Below the pieces are notes generated by a model. It saw nothing but the letters and a program-made list of their open reading frames with translations. It made no database searches and was not told where the DNA came from. The position numbers and the translations under genes are program-made. This document shows positions 1 through 10,609 of a DNA stretch of 64,000 bases, in pieces; within the stretch, counting starts at the first letter, position 1, and the number at the start of each line of letters is the position of its first letter. Location of the stretch: contig CAYHBZ010000002.1 in NCBI GenBank assembly GCA_964355175.1, positions 332,537-396,536 on the forward strand, written 5' to 3'. Source of the DNA: an uncultured Gammaproteobacteria bacterium (lineage in GTDB: Bacteria > Patescibacteriota > Patescibacteriia > Magasanikbacterales > GWA2-37-8).

Positions 1-952
1 ATTCAAAAAATATGCCGACGCGCGTCGATGGAAATATCGTGAAGTGATTATTTCTGTTTTTGATGTCGATACTATCGTGCATCCGCAATACTTCGCTCAT
101 TTGAATTATATGTATTGTCTGCATCCGCGTCCGGAGCGAAGTTCGTTTCAGCCAATTACTTTGTACAATAACAATCTGTGGGAGTCGCCTTCAGTATTGC
201 GGGTGATGGCTTTTGGTACCAGTTTTTGGATGTTATTTTCTTTGGCGCGGTTGGACAGTTTGGTTACTTTTTCTTCGCACAGCATGAGCTTTCAGGCGGC
301 TCTGGAATCCGGTGGCCATGCCAAAGATATTGTGAGTGAAGATTCCAGAATTTTTTTCCAGTGCTGGCTGCACTATAGCGGTAACTATGAAGTGACCCCA
401 CTGTATATACCGGTTTCCATGGATACAGTGCGCGATGATAGTTGGTGGAAAAGTTTAAAAAATTTATATCTTCAACAACGCCGTTGGGCCTGGGGTAGTG
501 AAAATATCGCTTATCTACTTTGGCAATTCCGCAAGCATCCGGAGATTAGTCGTTTTAAAAAATTGTCTATTTTGTTTCATGAATGGGAGGGAAAATGGAG
601 TTGGGCGGTAGTGGCGATTTTGCTCACGATCCTTGGTCGTCTGCCGCTATGGGTTGCCGGAAACGAAGTTCGCAATAGCGCTTTATTTTTTAACACCCCT
701 CATGTTTTGGAAAATTTGATGGGTCTGGCCACTTTGGGATTGGTATTATCCGCCACCATGAGTCTTTTGATTTTGCCATCTCGTCCTGAAAATCATCCCC
801 GCTATAAATATATTTTTATGTTATTGCAATGGATGTTGGTGCCGGTTTCTTTAATTTTATTTTCTTCGGTTCCGTGTATTGATGCTGTGACCCATTTGAT
901 GTTTGGTAAATATCTGGGTTTTAATATTTCTACCAAAAAACGAGCTGTATAA
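1..952 (+). CDS. Glycosyltransferase family 2 membrane protein (5'-truncated by window edge)
   Basis: DxD (FDVDT), SED and QQRRW (QxxRW) motifs of processive GT2 enzymes, followed by TM helices; frame is open from the window start. Confidence 0.8.
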   Translation, partial: FKKYADARRWKYREVIISVFDVDTIVHPQYFAHLNYMYCLHPRPERSSFQPITLYNNNLWESPSVLRVMAFGTSFWMLFSLARLDSLVTFSSHSMSFQAALESGGHAKDIVSEDSRIFFQCWLHYSGNYEVTPLYIPVSMDTVRDDSWWKSLKNLYLQQRRWAWGSENIAYLLWQFRKHPEISRFKKLSILFHEWEGKWSWAVVAILLTILGRLPLWVAGNEVRNSALFFNTPHVLENLMGLATLGLVLSATMSLLILPSRPENHPRYKYIFMLLQWMLVPVSLILFSSVPCIDAVTHLMFGKYLGFNISTKKRAV

Positions 953-967
953 TTAAGACAAAAATTT

Positions 968-2404
968 ATGTCCAAAGGAAAAATAATTTTATTAATATTG
1001 GTGTTTGTCTTGATCATCGGGACTGGTTTGGTTTACCAGTCTTGGCGTAGCGGTAATTTACAAAAGGCGATAGTGCAAGAAGTGGCGCAAAAAGTTTCTC
1101 CTGATAATTTGGGAGGCAGTTTGTTCACCGACGCCCTTGGGTTTAATGGCGCGCGTACTTATTTGTTATTATTTTTAAACAATACCGAGATGCGTCCGGG
1201 CGGTGGTTTTATCGGCGTGTATGCTTTGTTGCGTCTGGATAAAGGCACGCCGCATTTGGTGAAAGTAGAAGGCACGGAAGGTTTTGACAATAGTGCCAAA
1301 ACGGATTTTGAATCTACGCCACCGGCTCCGTTGTCAAAATATCTGGAAGTGAAGCGTTGGTATTTTAGAGACAGTAATTGGTCGGCGGATTTTGCCTCCT
1401 CATCGGAAAAATCAATTGAATTATTTTTGAAACAAGGCAACACGGCTAATGTGGATAAAATTGATGGTGTTATCGGATTTACACCGACGGTGATGGAAGA
1501 GTTGTTAAAAATTTCCGGACCGATAAAAATTGATAATCAGGAATTTAATTCGCAAAACTTTACTGAGAAATTGGAATATGAGGTAGAGTATGGCTATGCC
1601 CAAAAGGGTGTGGAGTTCAAAGATCGCAAAGCCATTATTGGCAAAATGGCCACTCAACTTTTGTCTCAGCTCAAATTCGAGTTGATAAAAGATTGGCCAA
1701 AATATTACAGCGCGGCGCAAAAAATGCTTGGTCAAAAACAGATTGTAATTTATTCTACGAATCCAGCCGAAGAAGAATTTTTGTCCGCCCGCGGCTATGG
1801 CGGTACGATGAAAAAAACAACCGGCGATTATCTGCTTTGGGCTGATGCCAATTTGGGCGCGCTCAAAACTGACGCGGCGATTGATAGGGAATTAAGTTAT
1901 CAAATTGTTTCTACCAGTAGCGGTAAATTTTTGGCTACTGCCAAGATGAAATTTACTCATACCGGTCATTTTGATTGGCGCACTTCCCGCTATCGTGATT
2001 ATGTCCGAATTTTTGTACCATCTGGCAGTCAGCTGGTGGGTGGTAGTGGACAAATGGAAATGGAAAAATCCAAACAAGTCGGCAAGGTAGATTCCGGTAT
2101 TGAAAATGGTCGCCAGTGGTTTGGGGCTTTTATCGCGGTGGAGCCGGGGAGAATTGGCGAGCTGTCTTTTAGTTATTATTTGCCCGATAATATCGTAAAT
2201 TCGATTAAAAATAATGAATATAATTTATTAGTGCAAAAGCAAATTGGCACCGCCGACACTAAATTGACTTTGGGTTTGAATTTTGATAAAAATTTAGTGG
2301 GCGCTTGGCCGGGAGAGGGTGTAGCCAAACACGGCGATACGCGCTATGATTTAGTGACAGATTTAGCAGAGGATAAAAATTTTAAAGTACAGTTGGCTAA
2401 TTGA
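968..2404 (+). CDS. DUF4012-family membrane-anchored protein
   Basis: N-terminal TM; YLLLFLNNTEMRPGGGFIG and FRDSNWSADF signatures. Confidence 0.8.
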   Translation: MSKGKIILLILVFVLIIGTGLVYQSWRSGNLQKAIVQEVAQKVSPDNLGGSLFTDALGFNGARTYLLLFLNNTEMRPGGGFIGVYALLRLDKGTPHLVKVEGTEGFDNSAKTDFESTPPAPLSKYLEVKRWYFRDSNWSADFASSSEKSIELFLKQGNTANVDKIDGVIGFTPTVMEELLKISGPIKIDNQEFNSQNFTEKLEYEVEYGYAQKGVEFKDRKAIIGKMATQLLSQLKFELIKDWPKYYSAAQKMLGQKQIVIYSTNPAEEEFLSARGYGGTMKKTTGDYLLWADANLGALKTDAAIDRELSYQIVSTSSGKFLATAKMKFTHTGHFDWRTSRYRDYVRIFVPSGSQLVGGSGQMEMEKSKQVGKVDSGIENGRQWFGAFIAVEPGRIGELSFSYYLPDNIVNSIKNNEYNLLVQKQIGTADTKLTLGLNFDKNLVGAWPGEGVAKHGDTRYDLVTDLAEDKNFKVQLAN

Positions 2405-2405
2405 T

Positions 2406-3413
2406 ATGTTTATAAAAAAAATCGGAATTGATCTGGGAACAACTAATGTGCTGGTGTATGTGCCAAAAAAAGGGATCATTATCAATGAGCCTAGTGTGGT
2501 GGCAATCTCCAAAGCCGATGGTAAAGTATTGGCCGTAGGTCTGGAAGCCAAGGATATGATCGGTCGCACACCAGATACCATTATTGCCCAGCGTCCGCTC
2601 AAGGATGGCGTGATTGCCAATTATCACATTACGGAAGCAATGTTGCGTTATTTTATTAATAAAGCTTTGGGCGGGGCCAGATTATTTCGTCCGGAAGTAA
2701 TGGTGGCAGTGCCAGCCGGAATTACATCTACCGAACGTCGCGCCGTAATTGATGCTTCGATTGCTGCCGGTGCGCGCGCTGCTTATATTATCAAAGAACC
2801 AATAGTGGCCGCGATTGGCGCTGATATCCCAATTGGAGCGGCTTCCGGTCATATGATTATTGATATTGGTGGTGGTACGGCTGAGATTGCAGTGATTTCT
2901 TTGGGTGGTATTGTCTCTAGTGTCAGCGCGCGTGTGGGCGGTAATAAATTTGATCGCGCTATCATTGAATATATTCGTCATAAATATAATATGGCGGTGG
3001 GTGAGCGCAGCGCCGAAGAAATAAAAATTACGGTTGGCTCCGCTATGTTTATGGATAAACCGCTGACCATGGAAATAAAAGGCCGTGATATGATTGCCGG
3101 TTTGCCGCGCATACTTACCGTGTCTTCTGATGATGTGGTAGAGGCTCTGCAACACGAGCTGGAAGTGCTTATAAGTGCTATCAAACAAGTATTATACGAA
3201 ACACCGCCGGAATTATCCGCTGATGTGATGGACAAAGGTATCATTATGTCGGGCGGTTCGTCGATGTTGCGCAATTTAGATCAGCTGGTGGCGCAAGCTA
3301 CCGGTGTGCCGACTTACTTGGCCGAAGAGCCGCTGTTGTGTGTGGCCAAAGGTACCGGTATCGCGCTGGAAAATCTGGATAGTTATAAGCGCAGTATTCT
3401 GGCTACCAAGTAA
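2406..3413 (+). CDS. mreB: Rod shape-determining protein MreB
   Basis: IGIDLGTTN, NEPSVVA, PLKDGVIA and DIGGGT actin-like motifs. Confidence 0.97.
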   Translation: MFIKKIGIDLGTTNVLVYVPKKGIIINEPSVVAISKADGKVLAVGLEAKDMIGRTPDTIIAQRPLKDGVIANYHITEAMLRYFINKALGGARLFRPEVMVAVPAGITSTERRAVIDASIAAGARAAYIIKEPIVAAIGADIPIGAASGHMIIDIGGGTAEIAVISLGGIVSSVSARVGGNKFDRAIIEYIRHKYNMAVGERSAEEIKITVGSAMFMDKPLTMEIKGRDMIAGLPRILTVSSDDVVEALQHELEVLISAIKQVLYETPPELSADVMDKGIIMSGGSSMLRNLDQLVAQATGVPTYLAEEPLLCVAKGTGIALENLDSYKRSILATK

Positions 3414-3469
3414 GTTTCTTCGAAACTCTAGAAATCTTAAGACTCTTCGAGAAATATTAATTTTCTTAT

Positions 3470-4573
3470 ATGATTATTGGAATCGACGCTTCTCATGCCA
3501 ACAAAGCCAGCCGTACCGGCGTGGAGGAGTATTGTTTTCAGATGATAGAAGAATTTAAAAAAATTATCCCGTCCCAGGCGCGGGTAATTTTATTTTCACC
3601 CACGCCCTTGGTTTCTGAATTTTCAGCTTTGCCGGCGAATTGGGAGGTAAAAATTTTGTCATGGCCATTGAAAAAATTATGGAGCCAATTTTGTTTGGCC
3701 TATGAGCTGTGGCGACATCCGGTAGACATTTATTTTTCTCCCGGACAACTACTGCCATTTTTTGCGCCTAAAAATTCGGTAGTGATGATCCACGACAGTG
3801 CTTTTGAGGCTTGTCCGAAAGCCTATAGTTTTTGGGGAAGGCAGTATTTAAAGTGGATGAATAAGCTTATAGTGAAAAAATCCAAATTAATTTTGACCTC
3901 TACTCAATTTAACAAAAGTGAATTACTTAAGTATTACAGTTATTTTTTTGAAGAACAAAGAGATTTGTTTGATAAAATAAAAGTAGTTCCTTTGGCTTAT
4001 GATAACAAAAAATTTAATCTAGAAGCGGTGCCAGTGGAAAATTCGTTTGGTAAATATATTTTATCAGTGGGTCGTTTGGAAGAAAAAAAGAACACCAAAA
4101 CTATTATTGAAGCGTTTGAGTTATTAAAAACAAAAATTTCAGATTTAAAATTAATTTTGGTTGGACGACCTGGATCCGGATATTTATTAATAAGAGAAGC
4201 GATTGATAATAGTGATTATAAAAAAGATATTTTGGAAATAGGTTTTGTGGATGATATAGTCGACATTGTTAAGAACGCTCAAGTCTTTGTGTTTCCTTCA
4301 TTATACGAAGGTTTTGGTATCCCGGTGTTGGAGGCAATGGCGATGGGTGTGCCGGTAGTGGCGAGCGACATTGAGGCGTTGCACGAAGTCGGTGGTAAGG
4401 CGTTGGTATATGAAACTAACGTGCAGGATATGGCTGATAAAATATTGAGATTGATGAGCGAGACTGAGTTTAGACAACGACAAGTGAATTTAGGCCTGGA
4501 TTTGGTGGCAGAATTTAGTTGGGAGAAGACAGCTACGAATAGTTGGAATCATATATTAACAATCCTAGATTAA
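3470..4573 (+). CDS. Glycosyltransferase family 4 (GT-B)
   Basis: VGRLEEKKN and PSLYEGFGIPVLEAMAMGVPVV motifs. Confidence 0.92.
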   Translation: MIIGIDASHANKASRTGVEEYCFQMIEEFKKIIPSQARVILFSPTPLVSEFSALPANWEVKILSWPLKKLWSQFCLAYELWRHPVDIYFSPGQLLPFFAPKNSVVMIHDSAFEACPKAYSFWGRQYLKWMNKLIVKKSKLILTSTQFNKSELLKYYSYFFEEQRDLFDKIKVVPLAYDNKKFNLEAVPVENSFGKYILSVGRLEEKKNTKTIIEAFELLKTKISDLKLILVGRPGSGYLLIREAIDNSDYKKDILEIGFVDDIVDIVKNAQVFVFPSLYEGFGIPVLEAMAMGVPVVASDIEALHEVGGKALVYETNVQDMADKILRLMSETEFRQRQVNLGLDLVAEFSWEKTATNSWNHILTILD

Positions 4574-4666
4574 GTCTTTGTCGGTAGTTAAATATTTAAG
4601 AATGTTGTTAATTTTGCAGAATTGTGGTAGTATAGCAATACTAAATATAATAATAATTTTAATTAT

Positions 4667-7600
4667 ATGAGAGAGGGATTTACTCCGTCGGTGGAAAGAC
4701 CGATGAACTATAAAAAAGAACGAAAGCAAGAATTGAGTGTTGCAGAGTTGTTATTTGATGAGATTAATACCGAAATTCAACGCTCTAACAAAGGTAAGGA
4801 AAAAGATAAAAAAATAAAATTTATTGATCATCCACGTTATGGCGAATGGAAAGCTTTGCGTGACGCCAATGTGGCTGAATCTTTACGGGCTGACTCTACC
4901 AAAAGAGAATCCGATTTTAGAAATGCGCACGAACAGGAGATGCAAGATTCTCGAGCGGTTTTTAATGATAGAGCAGATGAAAAGAATAGGGAATTAACGC
5001 TCCTAAGAGCGCAGGCTCAAGAAGCGGCCGCTTCTGAAGCAAAAAGGGCGGAAGTTTTGGCCGTAGAAGAAGCTAAAAGAAAGGACTTGGAGAGTTTGTC
5101 GATTGATAGATTTTATAGAGACGGTAAAAAAATTGATAGCGCTCATGCCAGCCAAAAAGACGCTGGTAATTTGCTGTTGGGTAAAAAAGATGCTGGATTA
5201 TCAGTGGCTGGTCGTTTGGTAGAAGATGGTTTTGAAGGTGAAGAGGCAAAAAGACAGATCAATAGTATTATCAAAGACATGGGTCAATTAAAAAATGTTT
5301 ATTCTGTTCAGATTAAGTCTTTGCAAGAAATGGGTTTGGTGGATAGAATTATGGGCAGACGCGCGGCTTTAGAAAAACAAATGGCTGAAACTCAGGCTGA
5401 TATCCTTTTGAAATCGGAGGCCCTCTTGAAAGAATTTAAAGTTTCTGGAAAAGTATTTGCTCAGCAAGAGATGATTGTGGAAAGATTGTGGGATTTGTCT
5501 AAAAAATTAGAAAATAAAGTGTCTGTTGGAGAGGCTGTGGTAGCGTTGACTGTTTTGGCAGCCATCCTGGCTGGTGGTGCTAGTGAAGTTGCTAAGAAAG
5601 TATCGGCAGCTGATGATTTTCGCGCTCCAGCGGTGGCGTCTTATGATACTTTCGGTGATTCCAATCTCGACCAAGATTCATTTACATCTGATTTGGTAGA
5701 GGGAAAAGTTAGTGGTTATAAGGTAAGCTCAGAAACTGTTTCTTCATCGGCTGAGTCTGAGAGTAAAGTAACTAAGGAATTATTCTCCTTAACCCCAGAA
5801 GAATCTGATAAAGTAAAAAGTTTTAAGGATTGGCGTCGAGCTATTCTTAATCCGGAATTTATTGGTAAAGAGAAAAAAGATGGATCTGTGCCTACAACTG
5901 AAAGAGGTCGTAATGTAGCTCCAGGGACTCAGTTGGAAATTTCAGTAGATGGTAATGTATTAATTGCCGGCGAAGTTGAAAAATATGGTAGTATTTGGGG
6001 TGTATTAGAAGAAAATAAAAATGAAATTAAAAAAGTTGCCAAAGAAAAAGGGTGGGGCAACTTAGATTTGCGTATTATTGAATCAGTTGATTCTAAAGAC
6101 GGCGAAAGTAAAATAAAAGGCAAAGTAGCTCATGATAAAGAGAAGGGTGATAGCAACAAATCCCGTAAAGACATAGCCAAAGTTGGTGCAGCTGATACTG
6201 GATCAGAGGATGAAAATCCGGCGCTAAAAGAGGCCGCCCGCCATTCTGCCAATGATCGACTTGGGGAAATTGGTGTCAGACATCAAATCGGCCATGATTA
6301 TCCTTCGCTAGATGGTTATCAAGGTGCAATTGATGAATTGAAAAAAATCAAAAATATTGATGCTAGTTTGGAAAATCCAGTCAAAGCGGAAATAAAACGA
6401 TTAGAAACAGCTAAAGAAGATTTAAAAAATAGATTGGTAAAAGCCAAAGGCGAAGCAGAAAAATATATCGAAAGTAAAGGCGTTAAGCATACAGTGGGAC
6501 TCGACTATAAAACTATTAAAGATTATGATCAGGCTATTGACGAATTAAGCCAGATTGAAGGCGGTATTGTTTTGCCGCCCATAGTGGATATGCAACAAAC
6601 AGATGATTCCAAGAGAATGTCTCAGATTAAAGATGGTGTCCGAGCAGAGAGAGAGCGTTTGGAAACAGCCAAGCAAAATTTAAGACTAAAACAGATCCAA
6701 GCGGGCATAGACAATGAGAGTTCGGTACCGGAAGCTGGGAAACCAGAAAAATTGGATTTTAAACCGTCTTTAAAAGTTTCCGATTTGATGTCAGATGCAG
6801 AGTTGAGTTTGGCGGCTAGTGGTGAAATGTATGGACGTAATTTAGTGAAAGCTCATAATTTGACTAGTTCAGTATTTGAATATTTGGGTGGAGAAGATCA
6901 ACATTTATTTGATTCTTTGTCTGAAAAAGATTTAAGAAAATTTTTGGGAATGGTTGAGGAAGCCAAAAGTTTATACAATCTTGTTTTAACTGTCAAAGAA
7001 GATGGTAAAATAAAGCCAAACCCAACTACAATAGAACAAGCCAAAAAAGGTCAAGAAATCGCTGGGAAATTGGCGATTGAGTTAGATGATGCTATTCCAA
7101 AAAATAGTGTGGACAAGGCGGTTGTTTCTGCTGGTCAGCGTCTAGAAATTTTATACAAAGAAACTGAATCTAGGACAGGAAATGTAGCTTTGTATGGGCC
7201 AGATGGAGCTTTGGATACACTACAAAAAGTCATGAAGAGTATAAAAACAAAAGGTAAGATCGGGAGTTCGGATCGTAAAATTTTAAAAAAAATAGAGAGT
7301 ACGGCTCATACTGTCTTGCATAGTGATAATAATCTTGAGCCGGATAAAAAAGCCGCCAAAGAAGTTTTGGCCATTTCTGTTATTTTGAAAGGGTCAATCT
7401 CTAAGAGGGATCAAAATCGTGTTGAGAAGGAAGAGTCAGCTGGTCTTGGAGTGCGCTATGAATTACCTAAGCCAGCAGATCAGAGAACCGACAAAGATCT
7501 AAATAAATTGTTGTCCAATAAAGTAAAAGATCAAATCAATCAAGCCTATGAATTGGCCGAAAAGCTGTCGGATGATAGTCCGTCGAGTGATGTAGCCTAT

Positions 7601-7888
7601 GATTTGGTTTCAGCCGCCGCTTTGCTTGAGCAGCTATTGTTGCGTCCTATGGAATTGGGAGATATTCAGGATAAATTAAGCAGAGCCGAAGATCTTATTT
7701 CAAAGACCCAGGCCAAGGTAGGTAATAGTAAGATTTATCCAAGGGAATACACAGAGGCTTTGAGCCAACTAAATTCCGCTTTTATTGGCACTCGGGATTC
7801 TTTGATAAAGACTGAGGTTATCAAGCAGATCGATAAGCGGGTCGCTCCGGTAGAAAAAATCGGCAAGCGCGTGGCCGATCGTAAATAA
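4667..7888 (+). CDS. Large orphan coiled-coil protein with one internal hydrophobic segment and an internal repeat
   Basis: 1073-aa ORF, K/E-rich, hydrophobic AVVALTVLAAILAGG; followed by a terminator. Confidence 0.7.
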   Translation: MREGFTPSVERPMNYKKERKQELSVAELLFDEINTEIQRSNKGKEKDKKIKFIDHPRYGEWKALRDANVAESLRADSTKRESDFRNAHEQEMQDSRAVFNDRADEKNRELTLLRAQAQEAAASEAKRAEVLAVEEAKRKDLESLSIDRFYRDGKKIDSAHASQKDAGNLLLGKKDAGLSVAGRLVEDGFEGEEAKRQINSIIKDMGQLKNVYSVQIKSLQEMGLVDRIMGRRAALEKQMAETQADILLKSEALLKEFKVSGKVFAQQEMIVERLWDLSKKLENKVSVGEAVVALTVLAAILAGGASEVAKKVSAADDFRAPAVASYDTFGDSNLDQDSFTSDLVEGKVSGYKVSSETVSSSAESESKVTKELFSLTPEESDKVKSFKDWRRAILNPEFIGKEKKDGSVPTTERGRNVAPGTQLEISVDGNVLIAGEVEKYGSIWGVLEENKNEIKKVAKEKGWGNLDLRIIESVDSKDGESKIKGKVAHDKEKGDSNKSRKDIAKVGAADTGSEDENPALKEAARHSANDRLGEIGVRHQIGHDYPSLDGYQGAIDELKKIKNIDASLENPVKAEIKRLETAKEDLKNRLVKAKGEAEKYIESKGVKHTVGLDYKTIKDYDQAIDELSQIEGGIVLPPIVDMQQTDDSKRMSQIKDGVRAERERLETAKQNLRLKQIQAGIDNESSVPEAGKPEKLDFKPSLKVSDLMSDAELSLAASGEMYGRNLVKAHNLTSSVFEYLGGEDQHLFDSLSEKDLRKFLGMVEEAKSLYNLVLTVKEDGKIKPNPTTIEQAKKGQEIAGKLAIELDDAIPKNSVDKAVVSAGQRLEILYKETESRTGNVALYGPDGALDTLQKVMKSIKTKGKIGSSDRKILKKIESTAHTVLHSDNNLEPDKKAAKEVLAISVILKGSISKRDQNRVEKEESAGLGVRYELPKPADQRTDKDLNKLLSNKVKDQINQAYELAEKLSDDSPSSDVAYDLVSAAALLEQLLLRPMELGDIQDKLSRAEDLISKTQAKVGNSKIYPREYTEALSQLNSAFIGTRDSLIKTEVIKQIDKRVAPVEKIGKRVADRK

Positions 7889-7900
7889 ACATTAATTACT

Positions 7901-7931
7901 AAAAGTCCCTCTGAAATCGAGGGGCTTTTTT
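7901..7931 (+). terminator. Intrinsic terminator
   Basis: AAAAGTCCCTC-TGAAATC-GAGGGGCTTTTT hairpin plus T-run after the stop. Confidence 0.8.
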
Positions 7932-7974
7932 ATTTGCCAAAAAGCCGAATATTTGCTAGAATACCAATGTATTT

Positions 7975-8877
7975 ATGCATTTTATAGGCAATAAACAAAT
8001 CGCTAATTTTTTGGAATCATCGTTTGAAAACGGTACTTTTGGTCACGCTTATTGTCTGATAGGCGCGTCTGCGGTGGGCAAGCGCACTCTGGCCAATGAA
8101 TTGGCCGCCAAAATTTTGGAAACTACGGTCGGCAGTCTGCCTACCAATCCGGATTATGTGTATGTGCAACGCCTAGAAGACGAAAAAACCGGTAAAAAGA
8201 AAAAAGAGATCGCGGCTGATCAGATCAGACAGGTTCGTGAAAAATTTTATAACAGTTCCTGGCTCAATGGGTATAAAGTAATAGTGCTCGACGAAGCCGA
8301 ATTGCTAAATGAAGAATCAGCCAATGCCTTTTTAAAAATTCTTGAAGAACCGCCGGCCAAAAGTATTATTTTTATCTTGACCGAGAATGATAATTTGCTC
8401 TTGCCTACTATTCGTTCGCGCTGTCAGTGTTTGGAATTATCAGCGGTATCAGATGTGGAAATTTCCGAGTTTTTAAAAAGTTTAAATTGTCACGACAGTC
8501 AGGCGCAAGAAATTATTAAATTAGCCTGGGGGCGTCCGGGCAAAGCCAAAGAGCTTTTGGCGGACAATGAAAAATATTTACAAAATTTTGAAGAGCAAAG
8601 ACGGTTTGAAAAAATTCTGAGATCACCAATCTATGAACGCTGGGCGCTGATGGAGGATGTGCTCAGTGAAAAAGGCGGTCTGATAAAAACCAAAGAAAAG
8701 CTTGAACCGATTTTGGAAAGCTGGATAATGTTTTGGAGAGATCTAATGATTGCCGATCTGGCCAATGGAAAAAAATATCAGCAAAATATCGATCAAACCA
8801 ATAAAACAAAAAATCTGTTCGGTGCCAATGTCAATTCCAAGCTGGCAATCGAACAGCTCTTAACTAATATTTATTAA
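7975..8877 (+). CDS. holB: DNA polymerase III delta' subunit
   Basis: HAYCLIGASAVGK, ANAFLKILEEPP, LLPTIRSRC. Confidence 0.92.
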   Translation: MHFIGNKQIANFLESSFENGTFGHAYCLIGASAVGKRTLANELAAKILETTVGSLPTNPDYVYVQRLEDEKTGKKKKEIAADQIRQVREKFYNSSWLNGYKVIVLDEAELLNEESANAFLKILEEPPAKSIIFILTENDNLLLPTIRSRCQCLELSAVSDVEISEFLKSLNCHDSQAQEIIKLAWGRPGKAKELLADNEKYLQNFEEQRRFEKILRSPIYERWALMEDVLSEKGGLIKTKEKLEPILESWIMFWRDLMIADLANGKKYQQNIDQTNKTKNLFGANVNSKLAIEQLLTNIY

Positions 8878-8885
8878 ACTTGTAT

Positions 8886-9962
8886 ATGCGTAAACTTTAT
8901 TTACTAGGCGCGATAGTGACAGCTCTGCTCACGGCTGGAGCCGGTTGTTTGCAGTTTGGTGCCAGCACTGCCGTTGGTCCGATGGGCATGTACCAGTCGT
9001 CAGACAAAGGCGAAGTCTGGAAGCAGATCGCCGCTTTTCCTAGCTTGCAAGGAGTAAAAAGTATTAGCGGGGTGAATGTTTATCGTGTTCATACTGATCC
9101 TTCTGATCCAAACGCGCTTTATATTGCTTCTCGCGGTCAGGGCGTTTATTATTCTTTAGACAACGGCGCCAGTTGGCAGGGAGTGCCGGCGATGAGCGGC
9201 AAATTTATTTATGGCTTGGCGGTGGATCCAAAAGATAAGTGCACGGTATTTGTTAGCGACGGCGCTCATATTTATAAAACTATCGATTGTCTGCGTACCT
9301 TTAATATTATCTATACCGAAGAGCGTCCGGATCAGCGTGTGGTGTCGGTATCGGTAGATTATGGTAACAGCAATTTGGTGTATGCGGCTGAACTGGGTGG
9401 TGATCTTTTGGCTAGTAATGATGCTGGGCGCAGTTGGCGCGTGACCAAACGTTTTGGTTTCCAACTTCAGTATTTGGAAAGTGATAAATTTAATCCGGGT
9501 CGTATTTGGGTGGCCGCTTATCAGAATGGTTTGTTCCGTTCCGACAATGGCACTGATTGGAATGATCTGTCTCCGGGATTAGAAAATTTTACCGATGGCA
9601 AGAAGTTTTATCGCCTAGTTCTCAATCCTGGTAAAAAGAACAGTGTATTCTGGGTTTCCAAATATGGAATTTTGGAATCTAACGATGCCGGTAATAATTG
9701 GACTGAATTGAAATTAATCACTCCTCCAGGCAGTGTGAATATTTATGGATTTGCAGTGAATGGAAAAAATCAAAACGAAATGTATTACACCGGCACAATC
9801 TTGGGAGACAAAAATGTGCATGTGCGTTCTACTTTTTACAAAACCACCGATGGCGGTAAGAATTGGGTGACTAAAAAATTACCGACCAATACTATCCCGA
9901 CATGGATTTTGATTAATCCGGACAAGGACAGTATTTTATCTATGGGTTTTGCGACTTTATAA
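8886..9962 (+). CDS. BNR/Asp-box beta-propeller lipoprotein-like protein
   Basis: Signal peptide ending GAGC; repeated SxDxGxxW boxes. Confidence 0.8.
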   Translation: MRKLYLLGAIVTALLTAGAGCLQFGASTAVGPMGMYQSSDKGEVWKQIAAFPSLQGVKSISGVNVYRVHTDPSDPNALYIASRGQGVYYSLDNGASWQGVPAMSGKFIYGLAVDPKDKCTVFVSDGAHIYKTIDCLRTFNIIYTEERPDQRVVSVSVDYGNSNLVYAAELGGDLLASNDAGRSWRVTKRFGFQLQYLESDKFNPGRIWVAAYQNGLFRSDNGTDWNDLSPGLENFTDGKKFYRLVLNPGKKNSVFWVSKYGILESNDAGNNWTELKLITPPGSVNIYGFAVNGKNQNEMYYTGTILGDKNVHVRSTFYKTTDGGKNWVTKKLPTNTIPTWILINPDKDSILSMGFATL

Positions 9963-10057
9963 TTAATTTCACTTATTTCGATTATATCTAATATATAATC
10001 TTCATTCATTCGGAAATGAATTTATAAATAAATTCATTTCTCTCACTCATTTAGATT

Positions 10058-10606
10058 ATGAACATTAATGATTTTAAGGGGGAATTTGATAAGGTGGTAG
10101 ATTTCTTGAAAAAAGATATTGTGGGTTTGCGTACTGGGCGAGCTTCGGTGGCAATGGTAGAGGATATTTCGGTAGAAGCCTATGGCACCTATCAGCCTCT
10201 GAAATCCGTGGCCTCGATTATGATCGCCGATGCCAAGACCTTAAATATTGAACCTTGGGATAAGAGTGTGGTAGGAAATATCGAAAAAGGCATTCGTGAT
10301 TCCGGTATCGGTGTCAATCCGGTAAATGATGGCCGGGTGATTCGCGTGATCTTGCCGGATCTCACTACCGATCGCCGTCGTGAATTGACCAAAGTCTTGC
10401 ACGAAAAATTGGAAAACGCCCGCGTGTCTATGCGTAAAGTGCGTCAGGAAGCCCGAGAACTGATAGAAATGGAAGAAGAAAATAAAGCCGTGAGCGAAGA
10501 TGAAAAATTCAAACTGTTTGAAGATTTAGAAAAAATGGTAAAAGATTACTCCGAACAAATTAAAGAAGTGGGGGAGAAGAAAGAAAATGAAATTAATACT
10601 ATTTAG
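10058..10606 (+). CDS. frr: Ribosome recycling factor
   Basis: LRTGRAS, IEPWDKS, LTTDRRRELTK. Confidence 0.96.
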   Translation: MNINDFKGEFDKVVDFLKKDIVGLRTGRASVAMVEDISVEAYGTYQPLKSVASIMIADAKTLNIEPWDKSVVGNIEKGIRDSGIGVNPVNDGRVIRVILPDLTTDRRRELTKVLHEKLENARVSMRKVRQEARELIEMEEENKAVSEDEKFKLFEDLEKMVKDYSEQIKEVGEKKENEINTI

Positions 10607-10609
10607 TAT

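Noticed and set aside
3414-3455. Degenerate ~9-nt tandem mini-palindromes after mreB
   Set aside because: Too short and degenerate to assign any function
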